Assembly: GCA_964635055.1 (NCBI GenBank)
Contig: CAZWMT010000020.1
Location: forward strand, 25,145 to 89,144
Direction of reading: 5' to 3'
From: an uncultured Microthrixaceae bacterium
Lineage (GTDB): Bacteria > Actinomycetota > Acidimicrobiia > Acidimicrobiales > DATDAH01
Length of the DNA: 64,000 bases
The notes under the pieces were generated by a model. That model searched no databases and was not told the DNA's origin. It saw only the letters and a list, made by a program, of their open reading frames with translations. The position numbers and the translations under genes were made by a program. This document shows positions 53,165 to 62,289 of the stretch, piece by piece. Positions within the stretch are counted from its first letter, which is position 1. Every line of letters starts with the position of its first letter.

Positions 53165-54306
53165 GGGGTCGCTCCGGGCTCATCGGTGGCCAACTCGTGG
53201 ACGAGCGAGTCCACGACCGCGACCAGCGAGCCACGGTCGGCCATGACCGCCCGTTGACGGTCGTAGCTCGCGCCGCGCTCGAGGATCTGGTGCACGTCGT
53301 CGAGCTCGTCGGGGCACCCGAGCCGCTGTGCGATCGGGTGCAGTTCGTCGAGCAGTTCCACGATCGCCTCGCGCAAGGGGCGGCACGCGCCCTGGTCGTC
53401 CACGATCAGGGCGGCATCGAGCCCGTGGCGGGCCGCCCGCCACTTGTTCTGCCGGAGCACCCACTCACGCGGCACCGGGAGCTGATAGCCCCGGTCGTGC
53501 AACGTGTCGAGCCAGTGCACCAGCGACTGGGCCAGCGCGGCGAGGGCGGCCACCTCCCGCAGCGTGGGGATGCCGTCGCACATGCGCAGCTCGACGGTGC
53601 CGAAGTCGGGGTGGGGACGGATGTCCCACCACACCTCGCGGACGGTGCCGATGGCCTCGGCGGACACCAGCGTCTCCATGAACTGCTCGAACTCCCCCCA
53701 GTCGACGATCTGCTCGGGCAGCCCGGCGGTGGGCAGGCCCTCGAAGATCTTGCTGCGACTCGAGGCCAGCCCCGTGTCGTGGCCCTCCGAGTACGGGCTC
53801 GACGCCGACAACGCCAGGAGGTGCGGGATGTAGCCGGACAGCGCGTTGGCGATGGCCACCACCTTCTCGGGCGATCGCACGCCGACGTGGAAGTGCACGC
53901 CGAAGATCTGGAGGCGCTGCGCCATCCAGGCCATCTCCGCCATCAGGATGCGGTAGCGCTCGTCGTCGGTCACCACCTGGCGCCGCCAGTCCGAGAACGG
54001 GTGGGTCCCCGAGCACAGCAGATCCAGGCCCCGGGCGTCGGCGCAGGCCCGCACCTCGGCCAGGGTGGTGCCGAGGTCGGCCTTGGCCTCCTCGACGGTG
54101 GCGCAGATGCCGGTGATCACCTCGATCGTGCACTCGAACAGCTCGTGCTTGGCCTTGGGGTGCTCCCCGCCGGGATGGCCGGCCCCGATCGTGTCGAGGA
54201 TCGCCGACGCCGCGCTGGACAGTTCCCGGGTTTCGCGGTCGACGAGCTCGAATTCGACCTCGACCCCCAGGCTGGGGCCCACTGAGCTGTTGAAGTCGAT
54301 GTGCAG
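53161..54306 (-). CDS. YbdK/GCS2-family carboxylate-amine ligase (glutamate--cysteine ligase 2)
   Basis: LGVEVEFELVD, IEVITG, GTHPF, FGVHFHVG, ALSASSP, WWDIRP, GTVELR, NKWRAARHG; start extended to CTG 54306 (the first GTG is at 54282). Confidence 0.9.
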   Translation of the reverse strand: MHIDFNSSVGPSLGVEVEFELVDRETRELSSAASAILDTIGAGHPGGEHPKAKHELFECTIEVITGICATVEEAKADLGTTLAEVRACADARGLDLLCSGTHPFSDWRRQVVTDDERYRILMAEMAWMAQRLQIFGVHFHVGVRSPEKVVAIANALSGYIPHLLALSASSPYSEGHDTGLASSRSKIFEGLPTAGLPEQIVDWGEFEQFMETLVSAEAIGTVREVWWDIRPHPDFGTVELRMCDGIPTLREVAALAALAQSLVHWLDTLHDRGYQLPVPREWVLRQNKWRAARHGLDAALIVDDQGACRPLREAIVELLDELHPIAQRLGCPDELDDVHQILERGASYDRQRAVMADRGSLVAVVDSLVHELATDEPGATP

Positions 54307-54318
54307 AGGAGTTCGAGA

Positions 54319-55389
54319 CTACTCCGGCGCGAGGTCGTCGAAGAGACCGGGCCCCGGCGAGGACGACCCACGGGGTGGCGGCGGCACGGCCAGGCCCAGG
54401 TGACGCCACGCCGCGGGGGTGACGATGCGGCCCTGCGGGGTGCGCATCAGCAGGCCCTGCTGGATCAGGAAGGGCTCGTACACGTCCTCGACGGTCTCGC
54501 TCGGCTCGCCCACGCTGATGGCCAGCGTCTTGAGGCCCACCGGGCCCCCGCCGAAGTGGCCGCAGATGGCGGTGAGGATGGCCCGGTCGACCTTGTCGAG
54601 GCCCATGGCGTCGACGCCGAACAGGGCCAGCCCCTCGTGGGCGGTGGCCTCGTCGACCACGCCGTGGGCCCGCACCTCCGCGAAGTCACGCACGCGACGC
54701 AGAAGCCGGTTGGCGATGCGGGGCGTGCCCCGAGAGCGCGAGGCGATCTCGTGGCGGCCCGCCGCGTCGATGGGCACGCCCAGGATCTCGGCGGTACGCC
54801 CGACGATGGCATCGAGCTCGTCGGCCTCGTAGTAGTCGAGTCGGGCCACCAGGCCGAACCGGTCGCGCAGTGGCCCGGTGATCAGCCCGGTGCGGGTGGT
54901 GGCGCCCACGAGGGTGAAGCGGGGGAGGTCGAGCCGGATGGAACGGGCGGCCGGGCCCTTGCCCAGCACGATGTCGAGCTGGAAGTCCTCCATCGCCGGG
55001 TAGAGCACCTCCTCGACGGCGCGGGCCAGGCGGTGGATCTCGTCGATGAACAACACGTCACCCTCGGCCAGCTTGGTGAGGATGGCGGCCAGGTCGCCCG
55101 CTCGTTCGAGGGCGGGGCCCGACGTCACGTGCATGGCCACGCCCATCTCGGTGGCCACGATGCCCGAGAGCGTGGTCTTGCCGAGGCCCGGCGGGCCGGC
55201 GAACAGCAGGTGGTCGGCGGCCTGGCCCCGCTTGCGGGCCGCCTCGAGGATCACCCGCAGGCGCTCCTTGAGCTCGCGTTGGCCGACGAACTCGTCGAGG
55301 TTGCGGGGCCGCACCCCGACCTCGTCGAGCACCTCGTCCTCGGCGACCTGGGGTGCCAGCAACTCGTCGCGCAACAGCTCCTCTCTCAT
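54319..55389 (-). CDS. ruvB: Holliday junction branch migration helicase
   Basis: [47 protein letters not shown]. Confidence 0.98.
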   Translation of the reverse strand: MREELLRDELLAPQVAEDEVLDEVGVRPRNLDEFVGQRELKERLRVILEAARKRGQAADHLLFAGPPGLGKTTLSGIVATEMGVAMHVTSGPALERAGDLAAILTKLAEGDVLFIDEIHRLARAVEEVLYPAMEDFQLDIVLGKGPAARSIRLDLPRFTLVGATTRTGLITGPLRDRFGLVARLDYYEADELDAIVGRTAEILGVPIDAAGRHEIASRSRGTPRIANRLLRRVRDFAEVRAHGVVDEATAHEGLALFGVDAMGLDKVDRAILTAICGHFGGGPVGLKTLAISVGEPSETVEDVYEPFLIQQGLLMRTPQGRIVTPAAWRHLGLAVPPPPRGSSSPGPGLFDDLAPE

Positions 55390-55533
55390 GTGCGGCGCCT
55401 CACGTCATCGGCTCCTGGCTCCTCCGTCGCCGGGCCGCTCGGGCCCCGGCCCCGTTCCTCGGCCTCACGTCATCCGCTCCTGGCTCCTCCGTCGCCGGGC
55501 CGCTCGGGCCCCGGCCTCGTTCCTCGGCCTCAT
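55386..55533 (-). repeat. Two tandem MIRU-like 65-bp units plus a 14-bp stub, forming a chain of coupled micro-ORFs
   Basis: Micro-ORFs 55465-55533, 55400-55468 and 55386-55403, each linked by ATGA/GTGA from the ruvA stop to the ruvB start. Confidence 0.85.
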
Positions 55534-56141
55534 GACGCCACCGCCAGTCGTTGGAGGGCGACCCGCAGCAACAGGGCGGCGTCGCCCTCGCCGGGCAGGT
55601 CGTGGAGCACCTCGCGGATCTCCTCGGGGCCGTAGCCCAGGCCCGAGAGAGCGTCGTGCACGTCCCGGCGGGTGGTGGGGCCCTGGCCCGTGGCCGCTCC
55701 GTCCAGGCGGGTCACGTCGAGATCACCCAGGTCGAGACGGGACTTCAGCTCGACCAGCAGGCGCGTGGCCGTCTTGCGCCCCACGCCCGGGACGAGGCAG
55801 AGCGCGTCGAGGTCGTCGTCGGCCAGCACCTGCTGGAGGCCCCGGGGATCGTGCACCGACAAGATGGCCAGGGCCAGCGCGGGGCCCACGCCGTGGGCAC
55901 CCAGCAGCGCTTCGAAGCAGCGCCGCTCGTCGGCGGTGGTGAAGCCGTACAGGGTCTGGGCGTCCTCGCGGATGTGGTGGTGGATGTGCAGGAACGCCTC
56001 GTCGCCCACCTCGCCCACCGCCACCGCGGTCGCCGGCGCCACCGTGACGCGGTAGCCGACCCCGCCGACCTCGACCAGCACCTCCGAGGCACTCGGGCCC
56101 AGGCCGCGGTCGAGCAGTGTGCCCCGCAGCGACCCGATCAC
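55530..56141 (-). CDS. ruvA: Holliday junction DNA-binding protein
   Basis: VIGSLRG, VGGVGY, IREDAQTLYGF, GVGP, VPGVGRKTA; GTG overlaps the ruvC stop. Confidence 0.96.
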   Translation of the reverse strand: MIGSLRGTLLDRGLGPSASEVLVEVGGVGYRVTVAPATAVAVGEVGDEAFLHIHHHIREDAQTLYGFTTADERRCFEALLGAHGVGPALALAILSVHDPRGLQQVLADDDLDALCLVPGVGRKTATRLLVELKSRLDLGDLDVTRLDGAATGQGPTTRRDVHDALSGLGYGPEEIREVLHDLPGEGDAALLLRVALQRLAVAS

Positions 56142-56638
56142 GAGTCCGCCCGGGCGACGGCGAGCCTCGTCGGCTCGTAGGCCAGATGGCACAACGCCAG
56201 TGCGGCGGCGTCGGCGGCGTCGGCGGGCCGGGGTGGGGCGGGGAGACGCAAGAGGGTCTGCACCATCTGCTGCACCTGTTCTTTGTCGGCGGCGCCGTGA
56301 CCGGCCACCGCTTCCTTCACCTGGTTGGGCGTGTACTGGGCGACCAGGCACCCGGCCGCGACCGCCTCGGCCATCGCGATGCCGCTGGCCTGCCCGACCG
56401 ACATGGCCGTGCGCACGTTGACCTGGAAGAACACCCGCTCGACGGCCACGGCCGCCGGCGCGAGCTCGGCCAGCAGGAGCCGGAGCTCGCGCTGGAGCTC
56501 GGCCAGGCGTTGGGGCAACGGGTCGGTGGGCGGGGTGGTGATGACGCCGATCGCCACGGCACGGGGACCCTCGGCACGGGCCTCGACACAGCCGTAACCG
56601 CAGCGCGAGAGGCCGGGATCGATGCCGAGCACGAACAT
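56138..56638 (-). CDS. ruvC: Holliday junction resolvase
   Basis: LGIDPG...GYG, AVERVFF, YTP.QVK, G.ADK.QV, DAADA. Confidence 0.96.
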   Translation of the reverse strand: MFVLGIDPGLSRCGYGCVEARAEGPRAVAIGVITTPPTDPLPQRLAELQRELRLLLAELAPAAVAVERVFFQVNVRTAMSVGQASGIAMAEAVAAGCLVAQYTPNQVKEAVAGHGAADKEQVQQMVQTLLRLPAPPRPADAADAAALALCHLAYEPTRLAVARADS

Positions 56639-56645
56639 ACGTACG
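56632..56645. promoter_or_regulatory. Probable LexA (SOS) box overlapping the ruvC start codon
   Basis: CGAAC-ATAC-GTACG, one mismatch to the Gram-positive consensus CGAAC-N4-GTTCG. Confidence 0.65.
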
Positions 56646-56678
56646 CCAAGATAGCCCCCCGGGGCGGCTACAGCGCGG

Positions 56679-57800
56679 ATGGCTGGTGCCGATGCAACCA
56701 GGGTGACTCTCACCACGGCGCGTCCCCGGCCGGCCGCACCCACGCCCGAGAGCCCGGCGGACCTGGCGGTTGAGCTCCGCTCGGTGTCGCGGGGCTTCGG
56801 CGACGTGCAGGCCCTGGCCGACCTGAACCTCTCCGCCCCCCGGCAGAGCATCACGGTGCTGCTCGGGCCCAACGGTGCCGGGAAGACCACGGCGATCCGC
56901 ATGATCACCGGAGCGCTGAACCCCGACACCGGCCACGTGCGGGTGTTCGGCCTCGACCCGGCGATCGACGGCGAGGCCGTCCGGACCCGCTGCGGTGTCG
57001 TGTCGGCCAAGCCTGCGCTCTACGACCGGCTAACCGGGTGGGACAACCTGGCCTACTCCGCCGAGCTGTACGGCCTCGGCCGCGGAGACGCCGCGGCGGC
57101 GGCGATTCGCTCGTCGGCGGCGCGGTTCGGCATCGACGGCGCCCTCGACCACCAGGTCGGGGGCTACTCGACCGGCATGAAGACCCGCCTGGCCCTCGCC
57201 CGGTCGGTGATGCACGGCCCCGACCTGTTGCTCTTCGACGAGCCCACGTCGGGGCTCGACCCCGAGTCGTCCCACGCGGTGCTCGAGCTGATCCGCGAGA
57301 TGGCCGACACCGGGTCGACCGTGGTGATGTGCACGCACCTGCTGCTGGAGGCCGAGGGCCTGGCCGAGCAGGTGGTGGTGCTCGACGGCGGCACCGACCT
57401 GATCGCCGGCTCGCCCGACGAGCTGACCCAGCGGTTCTGGCCGGGCGCGGTGGTGCGACTGGACGCCGAGGACCCCGCCGACCTCGACCGCCTGGCCGGG
57501 GCCGAGGGGGTGCTGTCCTACGAGCGCGACGAGCGCGGCCTGGCCGCCTCCGGCGCCGGGGGCGCGGCCGTCACGGTGCAGCTCGATGACCTGTCCCGGG
57601 TGCCCGACCTCGTGTTCGACCTGGCCCGTGCCGGAGTGCGGGTCACCCGCGTCGAGCCCCGCATCCCCTCGCTCGAGGACCTCTACTTCGCGGTGCGCGA
57701 CGGGCGGGAGGCCTTCTCCGAGAAGGGCCGGGGCACGAGCGCACGGGCCGACGGCACCGGGGCCGACGGCACCGGCGAGGGCGACGAGGTGGCGGCATGA
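56679..57800 (+). CDS. ABC transporter ATP-binding protein (ABC-2 exporter type)
   Basis: GPNGAGKTT, YSTGM signature, LLFDEPTSGLD, CTH. Confidence 0.93.
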   Translation: MAGADATRVTLTTARPRPAAPTPESPADLAVELRSVSRGFGDVQALADLNLSAPRQSITVLLGPNGAGKTTAIRMITGALNPDTGHVRVFGLDPAIDGEAVRTRCGVVSAKPALYDRLTGWDNLAYSAELYGLGRGDAAAAAIRSSAARFGIDGALDHQVGGYSTGMKTRLALARSVMHGPDLLLFDEPTSGLDPESSHAVLELIREMADTGSTVVMCTHLLLEAEGLAEQVVVLDGGTDLIAGSPDELTQRFWPGAVVRLDAEDPADLDRLAGAEGVLSYERDERGLAASGAGGAAVTVQLDDLSRVPDLVFDLARAGVRVTRVEPRIPSLEDLYFAVRDGREAFSEKGRGTSARADGTGADGTGEGDEVAA

Positions 57801-58621
57801 ACTGGGGACGCGTCCGCACGGTGGCCCGGACCGACCTGCGCCAGCTCATCCAGGCCAAGGACTTCTGGCTGCCGATGATGATCCTCGGTGCCATCTTCTT
57901 CTTCTTCGTGCCGACCATCCTGCTGCTCGCCATCACCCGGGTGGGCGACATCAACGCCGTGCAGCAGCTGTCCAACGCCCTGGAGGTGCTGCCCCAGCAG
58001 GCCCAGCAGCAGATCCAGGGCCAGACTCCGGCCGGTCGGGCCGCCTACGCCATGGCCGTGTTCCTGTTCGCGCCGGTGGCGGTGGTGGTGCCCCTCACCA
58101 TCTCGACCGCGGTCGGCGCCGCGACCATCGTCGGCGAGCGCGAGCGGGGCACCGGCGAGTTCCTGGCCCACTCCCCCGCCAACGTGCGCGAGATCTACCT
58201 GGGCAAGCTGATCGCCAGCCTCATCCCCGGCTACCTCACGACCCTCGTGGGCTTCGGGGTGTACTCACTGGTGGTCAACCTGATCGTCGGACCCGAGGTG
58301 GGCGGCTGGTTCTTCCCGACCAAGCAGTGGTGGGTGCTCATGTTGTGGGTGGTGCCGCCGTTCCTCGCGCTGACCCTGTCGCTGGTGCTACGCCTGTCCG
58401 CCCGGGTGAAGAGCACCGCGGCGGCGCAGCAGGCATCGGGCCTGGTGACGCTGCCCCTCATCATGGTGGCCTACAGCCAGTCCACCGGCGCCCTGTTCGG
58501 CGCCGGCTCGGCCTCGGTGTGGATCGGGGCCATCGCCTGGGCGGTCGCCCTCATCGGCCTCACCCGCGGCATGCGCGTGGTCACCCGGGCCCGCCTCCTC
58601 GGCGTGGCCGACGGCATCTGA
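57797..58621 (+). CDS. ABC-2 type permease
   Basis: About six TM segments, IVGERERGTGE.L..P, YLGKL; ATGA-coupled to the ATPase. Confidence 0.88.
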   Translation: MNWGRVRTVARTDLRQLIQAKDFWLPMMILGAIFFFFVPTILLLAITRVGDINAVQQLSNALEVLPQQAQQQIQGQTPAGRAAYAMAVFLFAPVAVVVPLTISTAVGAATIVGERERGTGEFLAHSPANVREIYLGKLIASLIPGYLTTLVGFGVYSLVVNLIVGPEVGGWFFPTKQWWVLMLWVVPPFLALTLSLVLRLSARVKSTAAAQQASGLVTLPLIMVAYSQSTGALFGAGSASVWIGAIAWAVALIGLTRGMRVVTRARLLGVADGI

Positions 58622-58718
58622 GGGGATCGACGACTCTGACGTAGCGTCTGGACCCACCAGCCTGACGGCCCTCGTCGGGCGACGGTCGCACCGAAGGGCA
58701 GGGGGCTACCATCACCAG

Positions 58719-59288
58719 GTGATCCCTACGAGATCGGCACGTGGGGGATCGGCACGCCGCATGGCCGCAGGCATGTGCGTGGCCATCACGGCCATGATCT
58801 GCTGTCCCGCGGCCCACGGATTGGGTGCGCAATACCCCGAGGACGCTCTTGGTGCCTCGGTCAGCGACAGCACCGTCGCGAGCGGCGACACCGTCACGGT
58901 CATCGCGAATGTGTGCGATGTCGGGACCACTGTGGATTTCTTCCTGGACGGGTCAAGCGTGGGGAGCGCGATCACCGACACGAATGGCATTGCCGAGGCG
59001 CACGTCGTGATCACTGGGACCCCAGGTACGCACTCGATCTCGAACAACTGCAACACATCGGTGTTGGCGATCACCGTCGGCGAGGGCTCAGGCGCATTGC
59101 CGAGGACCGGGACCGACCCGACGACCACCGTGGCCGCTGACGACTCAGAGGCGCACTCGGCTTCGGACAGTAACCTCACGATCCTCGCCGCGGCGACGGG
59201 AATGGCGCTTCTTGCCATGGGGGCGGCACTGATCTACCGGGCCGGACGCCGACGCGGTGCCGTCGGCGCCACACCACAGGACTTCTGA
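58719..59288 (+). CDS. Small secreted Ig-like protein with LPXTG-type sorting motif
   Basis: Signal-like N-terminus, beta-rich domain, LPRTG (59097-59111), C-terminal TM followed by RRR; TACCAT 6 nt before GTG 58719. Confidence 0.7.
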   Translation: MIPTRSARGGSARRMAAGMCVAITAMICCPAAHGLGAQYPEDALGASVSDSTVASGDTVTVIANVCDVGTTVDFFLDGSSVGSAITDTNGIAEAHVVITGTPGTHSISNNCNTSVLAITVGEGSGALPRTGTDPTTTVAADDSEAHSASDSNLTILAAATGMALLAMGAALIYRAGRRRGAVGATPQDF

Positions 59289-59346
59289 CTCGGCACCGAC
59301 GGTGTTCGCGCCGAATCCGCTGTCGAACACCCCGTAGTCTTCTGGC

Positions 59347-61497
59347 GTGCTGCAGCTCCGGGGGGTGATCGACGGCGTCGAGCGGACCTTCGTCCTCGAC
59401 CGGCCCGAGACCACCATCGGCCGGGGGGACGACAACGACATCGTGCTCGCCGACCGCGTCACCTCCCTGCACCACGCCTCGGTGCGCTACGCGGACGACA
59501 GTTGGTGGATCAGCGATCACGCCAGCCGCTACGGCGTGCGGGTGAACGGTGACGTCGCCGACGAGACCGAGTTGCTGGCGGGCGACGTCGTCACGATCGG
59601 CACGGTCGACCTGACCGTCGAGCCGGTGCTCGCCGCCGCAAGCCCGGCGGGCCCCGCGAGCGGGCCCGCTTCGCATGCCGGCGACGAGGACGACGATGAT
59701 GATCCCGTCCTGCTGAGCGCCGACCTCGACGACCTCCTCGATGCCGGGCTCGACGCCGGGCTCGGTGCCGCTGCCGGTGCCGGTGGCGGTCACCCCGACG
59801 ACGACGATCCCATCCTGCTCACGGCCGACGACGAGGACGAGGACGCCGATCCGGTCCTGGTCTCGGCCGACGAGGACGACCTGGATGGGGACGACCTCGA
59901 CGACGACGATGCCGTCCGGGCCACCCCGCACGAGGAGTCGGTGCCCGCCGCCACCGAACCCATGGTCGGGACCGGTGCGGCGGCGATCACCGGCGAGCAC
60001 CCCCCGAGCGGAGCGGTCGGCCCCGCCGACATCGCCACGCGCCGGGCACAGCCCGACGAGGTGCCTCCCGCCCAGGTCGCCACCCACGACCTGCGGGACG
60101 CCGACACCGCGACCGCGACCGCAGCGATGTCGCCGGCCGACCTCGCCGAGCACGGGATCGGCGCCGACGCCACCGATGCCCCCGACGACGACGAGCCGGT
60201 GGTGGTCCTCGGCCTCGTGCGGCCGATCGAGGACTTCGCGGTCTCGCTCGGCTTCACGGGCACCGAGTCACCTGACGTCGCGCCACCGGTCTCCGAGGCG
60301 GTCGAGGACACGCCGATCAGCGAGTCCCACGCGTACTCGGGCCTGGCGGTCGGCTACCTCAGCCGCCTGGCCCACGAGTTGCGGACCGCCCCTGACATCG
60401 ACGAGGCCGCACGGCGCACCCTCGACGTCGTCTTCGCGGCGCTGCCCGTGGACCGCGGATGGATCCTGTTCACCGACGCGGACGGCCAGATCACCGACCG
60501 CGTCGAGCGCGTCGGCGACACGGTTGCCCATCCCGGCGGCGACCTCCCGATCTCCATGAGCATCGTCCACCGGGTGCTGCGTGACCGCGTCTCGGTGACG
60601 ACCGGCGACGTGGCCATCGACGCCGGGTCGGCCAGCCTCTCGATGATGGCCCACCACATCCGGGCGGCCATGTGCGCCCCGCTGTGGTCGGCCGACCAGG
60701 TGTGCGGTGTCATCTACGTCGACTCCCTGCTCGCCCGGGGGGCGTTCACCGAATCGGCGCTCGACCTGCTGACCGCGATGGCGAACTACGCGGCCGTCGC
60801 CGTGGGTGGGCTGCGCCACGCCCTGGCGGCCGAGCGCGAGCGTCAGGCCCGGCGCCACCTCGAGCGCTACCACTCCCCCGCCATGATCGAGGCCCTCCAG
60901 CGACGCGAAGCGGTCGAGGGCGTCAGCCGCCTCCGTCAGGCGGACGTCACGGTGATGTTCGCCGACGTGGTCGGCTTCACCTCCGTGTCCGAGGAGCTGA
61001 GCCCCGATGGCGTGGCCCGGCTGCTCGACGGGTTCTTCACCGAGGCGGTCGAGGCGGTGTTCGCCCATGGAGGGACGCTCGACAAGTTCATCGGCGACGC
61101 CGTGATGGCCTTCTTCGGCGCCCCGGTGGCCGCCCACGACCACGCCGAGCAGGCCATTCGTGCCGCGCTCGACCTGCGCTTCCGCGTGGCCCGCTGGAAC
61201 CAGCGCCAGGTCGATGCCGGCGGCAGCCCGATCGAGATCAGGATGGCCCTCAACAGCGGTCCGGTCGTGGTGGGCGACGTGGGCAGCAGCCGGCGCGTGG
61301 ACTACACCGTGCTCGGCAACACCGTGAACGTGGCCGCGCGCCTCGAAGGTGTGGGCGGGCCCGGCGAGATCGTCCTGGGGGCCGGCACCCGCGACCGCCT
61401 GCCGGCCGACTTCCCCCTCGAGTCGCTCGGCGAGATCGACCTGCGGGGCCTGCGCCACCCGATCGCGGTCTGGCGGGTGGCCACCCACCCTGCGTGA
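59347..61497 (+). CDS. FHA - acidic linker - GAF - class III adenylate cyclase
   Basis: FHA: IGR...S.HH...SRYG..VNG; GAF: AMCAPL...GVIYVD; cyclase: FADVVGFT, DKFIGDAVMAFFG, DYTVLGNTVNVAARLE. Confidence 0.92.
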   Translation: MLQLRGVIDGVERTFVLDRPETTIGRGDDNDIVLADRVTSLHHASVRYADDSWWISDHASRYGVRVNGDVADETELLAGDVVTIGTVDLTVEPVLAAASPAGPASGPASHAGDEDDDDDPVLLSADLDDLLDAGLDAGLGAAAGAGGGHPDDDDPILLTADDEDEDADPVLVSADEDDLDGDDLDDDDAVRATPHEESVPAATEPMVGTGAAAITGEHPPSGAVGPADIATRRAQPDEVPPAQVATHDLRDADTATATAAMSPADLAEHGIGADATDAPDDDEPVVVLGLVRPIEDFAVSLGFTGTESPDVAPPVSEAVEDTPISESHAYSGLAVGYLSRLAHELRTAPDIDEAARRTLDVVFAALPVDRGWILFTDADGQITDRVERVGDTVAHPGGDLPISMSIVHRVLRDRVSVTTGDVAIDAGSASLSMMAHHIRAAMCAPLWSADQVCGVIYVDSLLARGAFTESALDLLTAMANYAAVAVGGLRHALAAERERQARRHLERYHSPAMIEALQRREAVEGVSRLRQADVTVMFADVVGFTSVSEELSPDGVARLLDGFFTEAVEAVFAHGGTLDKFIGDAVMAFFGAPVAAHDHAEQAIRAALDLRFRVARWNQRQVDAGGSPIEIRMALNSGPVVVGDVGSSRRVDYTVLGNTVNVAARLEGVGGPGEIVLGAGTRDRLPADFPLESLGEIDLRGLRHPIAVWRVATHPA

Positions 61498-61536
61498 CCC
61501 GACCCCCGGTCGCCGATCGGGACGCGGCTCGGTCGC

Positions 61537-62286
61537 TCAGGCTTCGATGGACTCCAGGATCTCGGTGGGGACGTCGAAGTTGGCGTAGACGTCCTGCACG
61601 TCGTCGAGGTCGTCGAGGGCGTCGATGAGGCGCAGCACCGACTTGGCCGCCTCGGCCGTGTCCAGCTCGACCACGTTGCTGGGCACCATGGTGACCTCGG
61701 CCGAGTCGAAGTCGATGCCCGCCTCCTCCAGCGCCGCGCGCACCGCCGTCAACTCGCTGGGCGCGGACGTGACCCGCCAGGTGTCGCCCTCGTCCTCCAG
61801 GTCGTCGGCGCCGGCCTCGAGGGTGACCTCCATGAGGGTGTCCTCCTCGACCGTGCCGGGGAGCACCACCACGCCCTTGCGCTCGAACAGCCAGTTCACC
61901 GCGCCGGGCTCGGCCAGGTTGCCGCCGCTGCGGGTGAACAGGCTGCGGATGTCCGAGCCGGTGCGGTTGCGGTTGTCGGTGAGCACCTCGACCAGCACGG
62001 CCACCCCGTGAGGCGCGTAGCCCTCGTAGGTCACCTGCTCGTAGATCACCCCTTCGAGGTCGCCGGTGCCTCGCTTGATGGCGCGCTCGATGGTGTCGAG
62101 CGGGACCGAGGCGTCACGGGCCTTCTGGTACATCGTGCGCAGCGTGGCGTTGGCGTCGAGGTCGCCCCCACCCTCGCGGGCGGCCACCTCGACCTGGCGG
62201 ATCAGCTTGGCGAAGAGCTTGCCGCGGGCCTTGTCGGCCGCGCCCTTCTTGTGCTTGATCGTGGCCCACTTGGAGTGTCCGGACAT
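61537..62286 (-). CDS. yebC: YebC/PmpR family protein
   Basis: MSGHSKWATIKHKK, YEGY, TDNRNRT, DDVQDVYAN. Confidence 0.97.
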   Translation of the reverse strand: MSGHSKWATIKHKKGAADKARGKLFAKLIRQVEVAAREGGGDLDANATLRTMYQKARDASVPLDTIERAIKRGTGDLEGVIYEQVTYEGYAPHGVAVLVEVLTDNRNRTGSDIRSLFTRSGGNLAEPGAVNWLFERKGVVVLPGTVEEDTLMEVTLEAGADDLEDEGDTWRVTSAPSELTAVRAALEEAGIDFDSAEVTMVPSNVVELDTAEAAKSVLRLIDALDDLDDVQDVYANFDVPTEILESIEA

Positions 62287-62289
62287 CGC

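Noticed and set aside
55400..55533. Possible CRISPR array or assembly duplication at ruvA/ruvB
   Set aside because: No spacers. The two units differ at several positions and a homologue exists at secD/secF, which argues against an assembly artefact.
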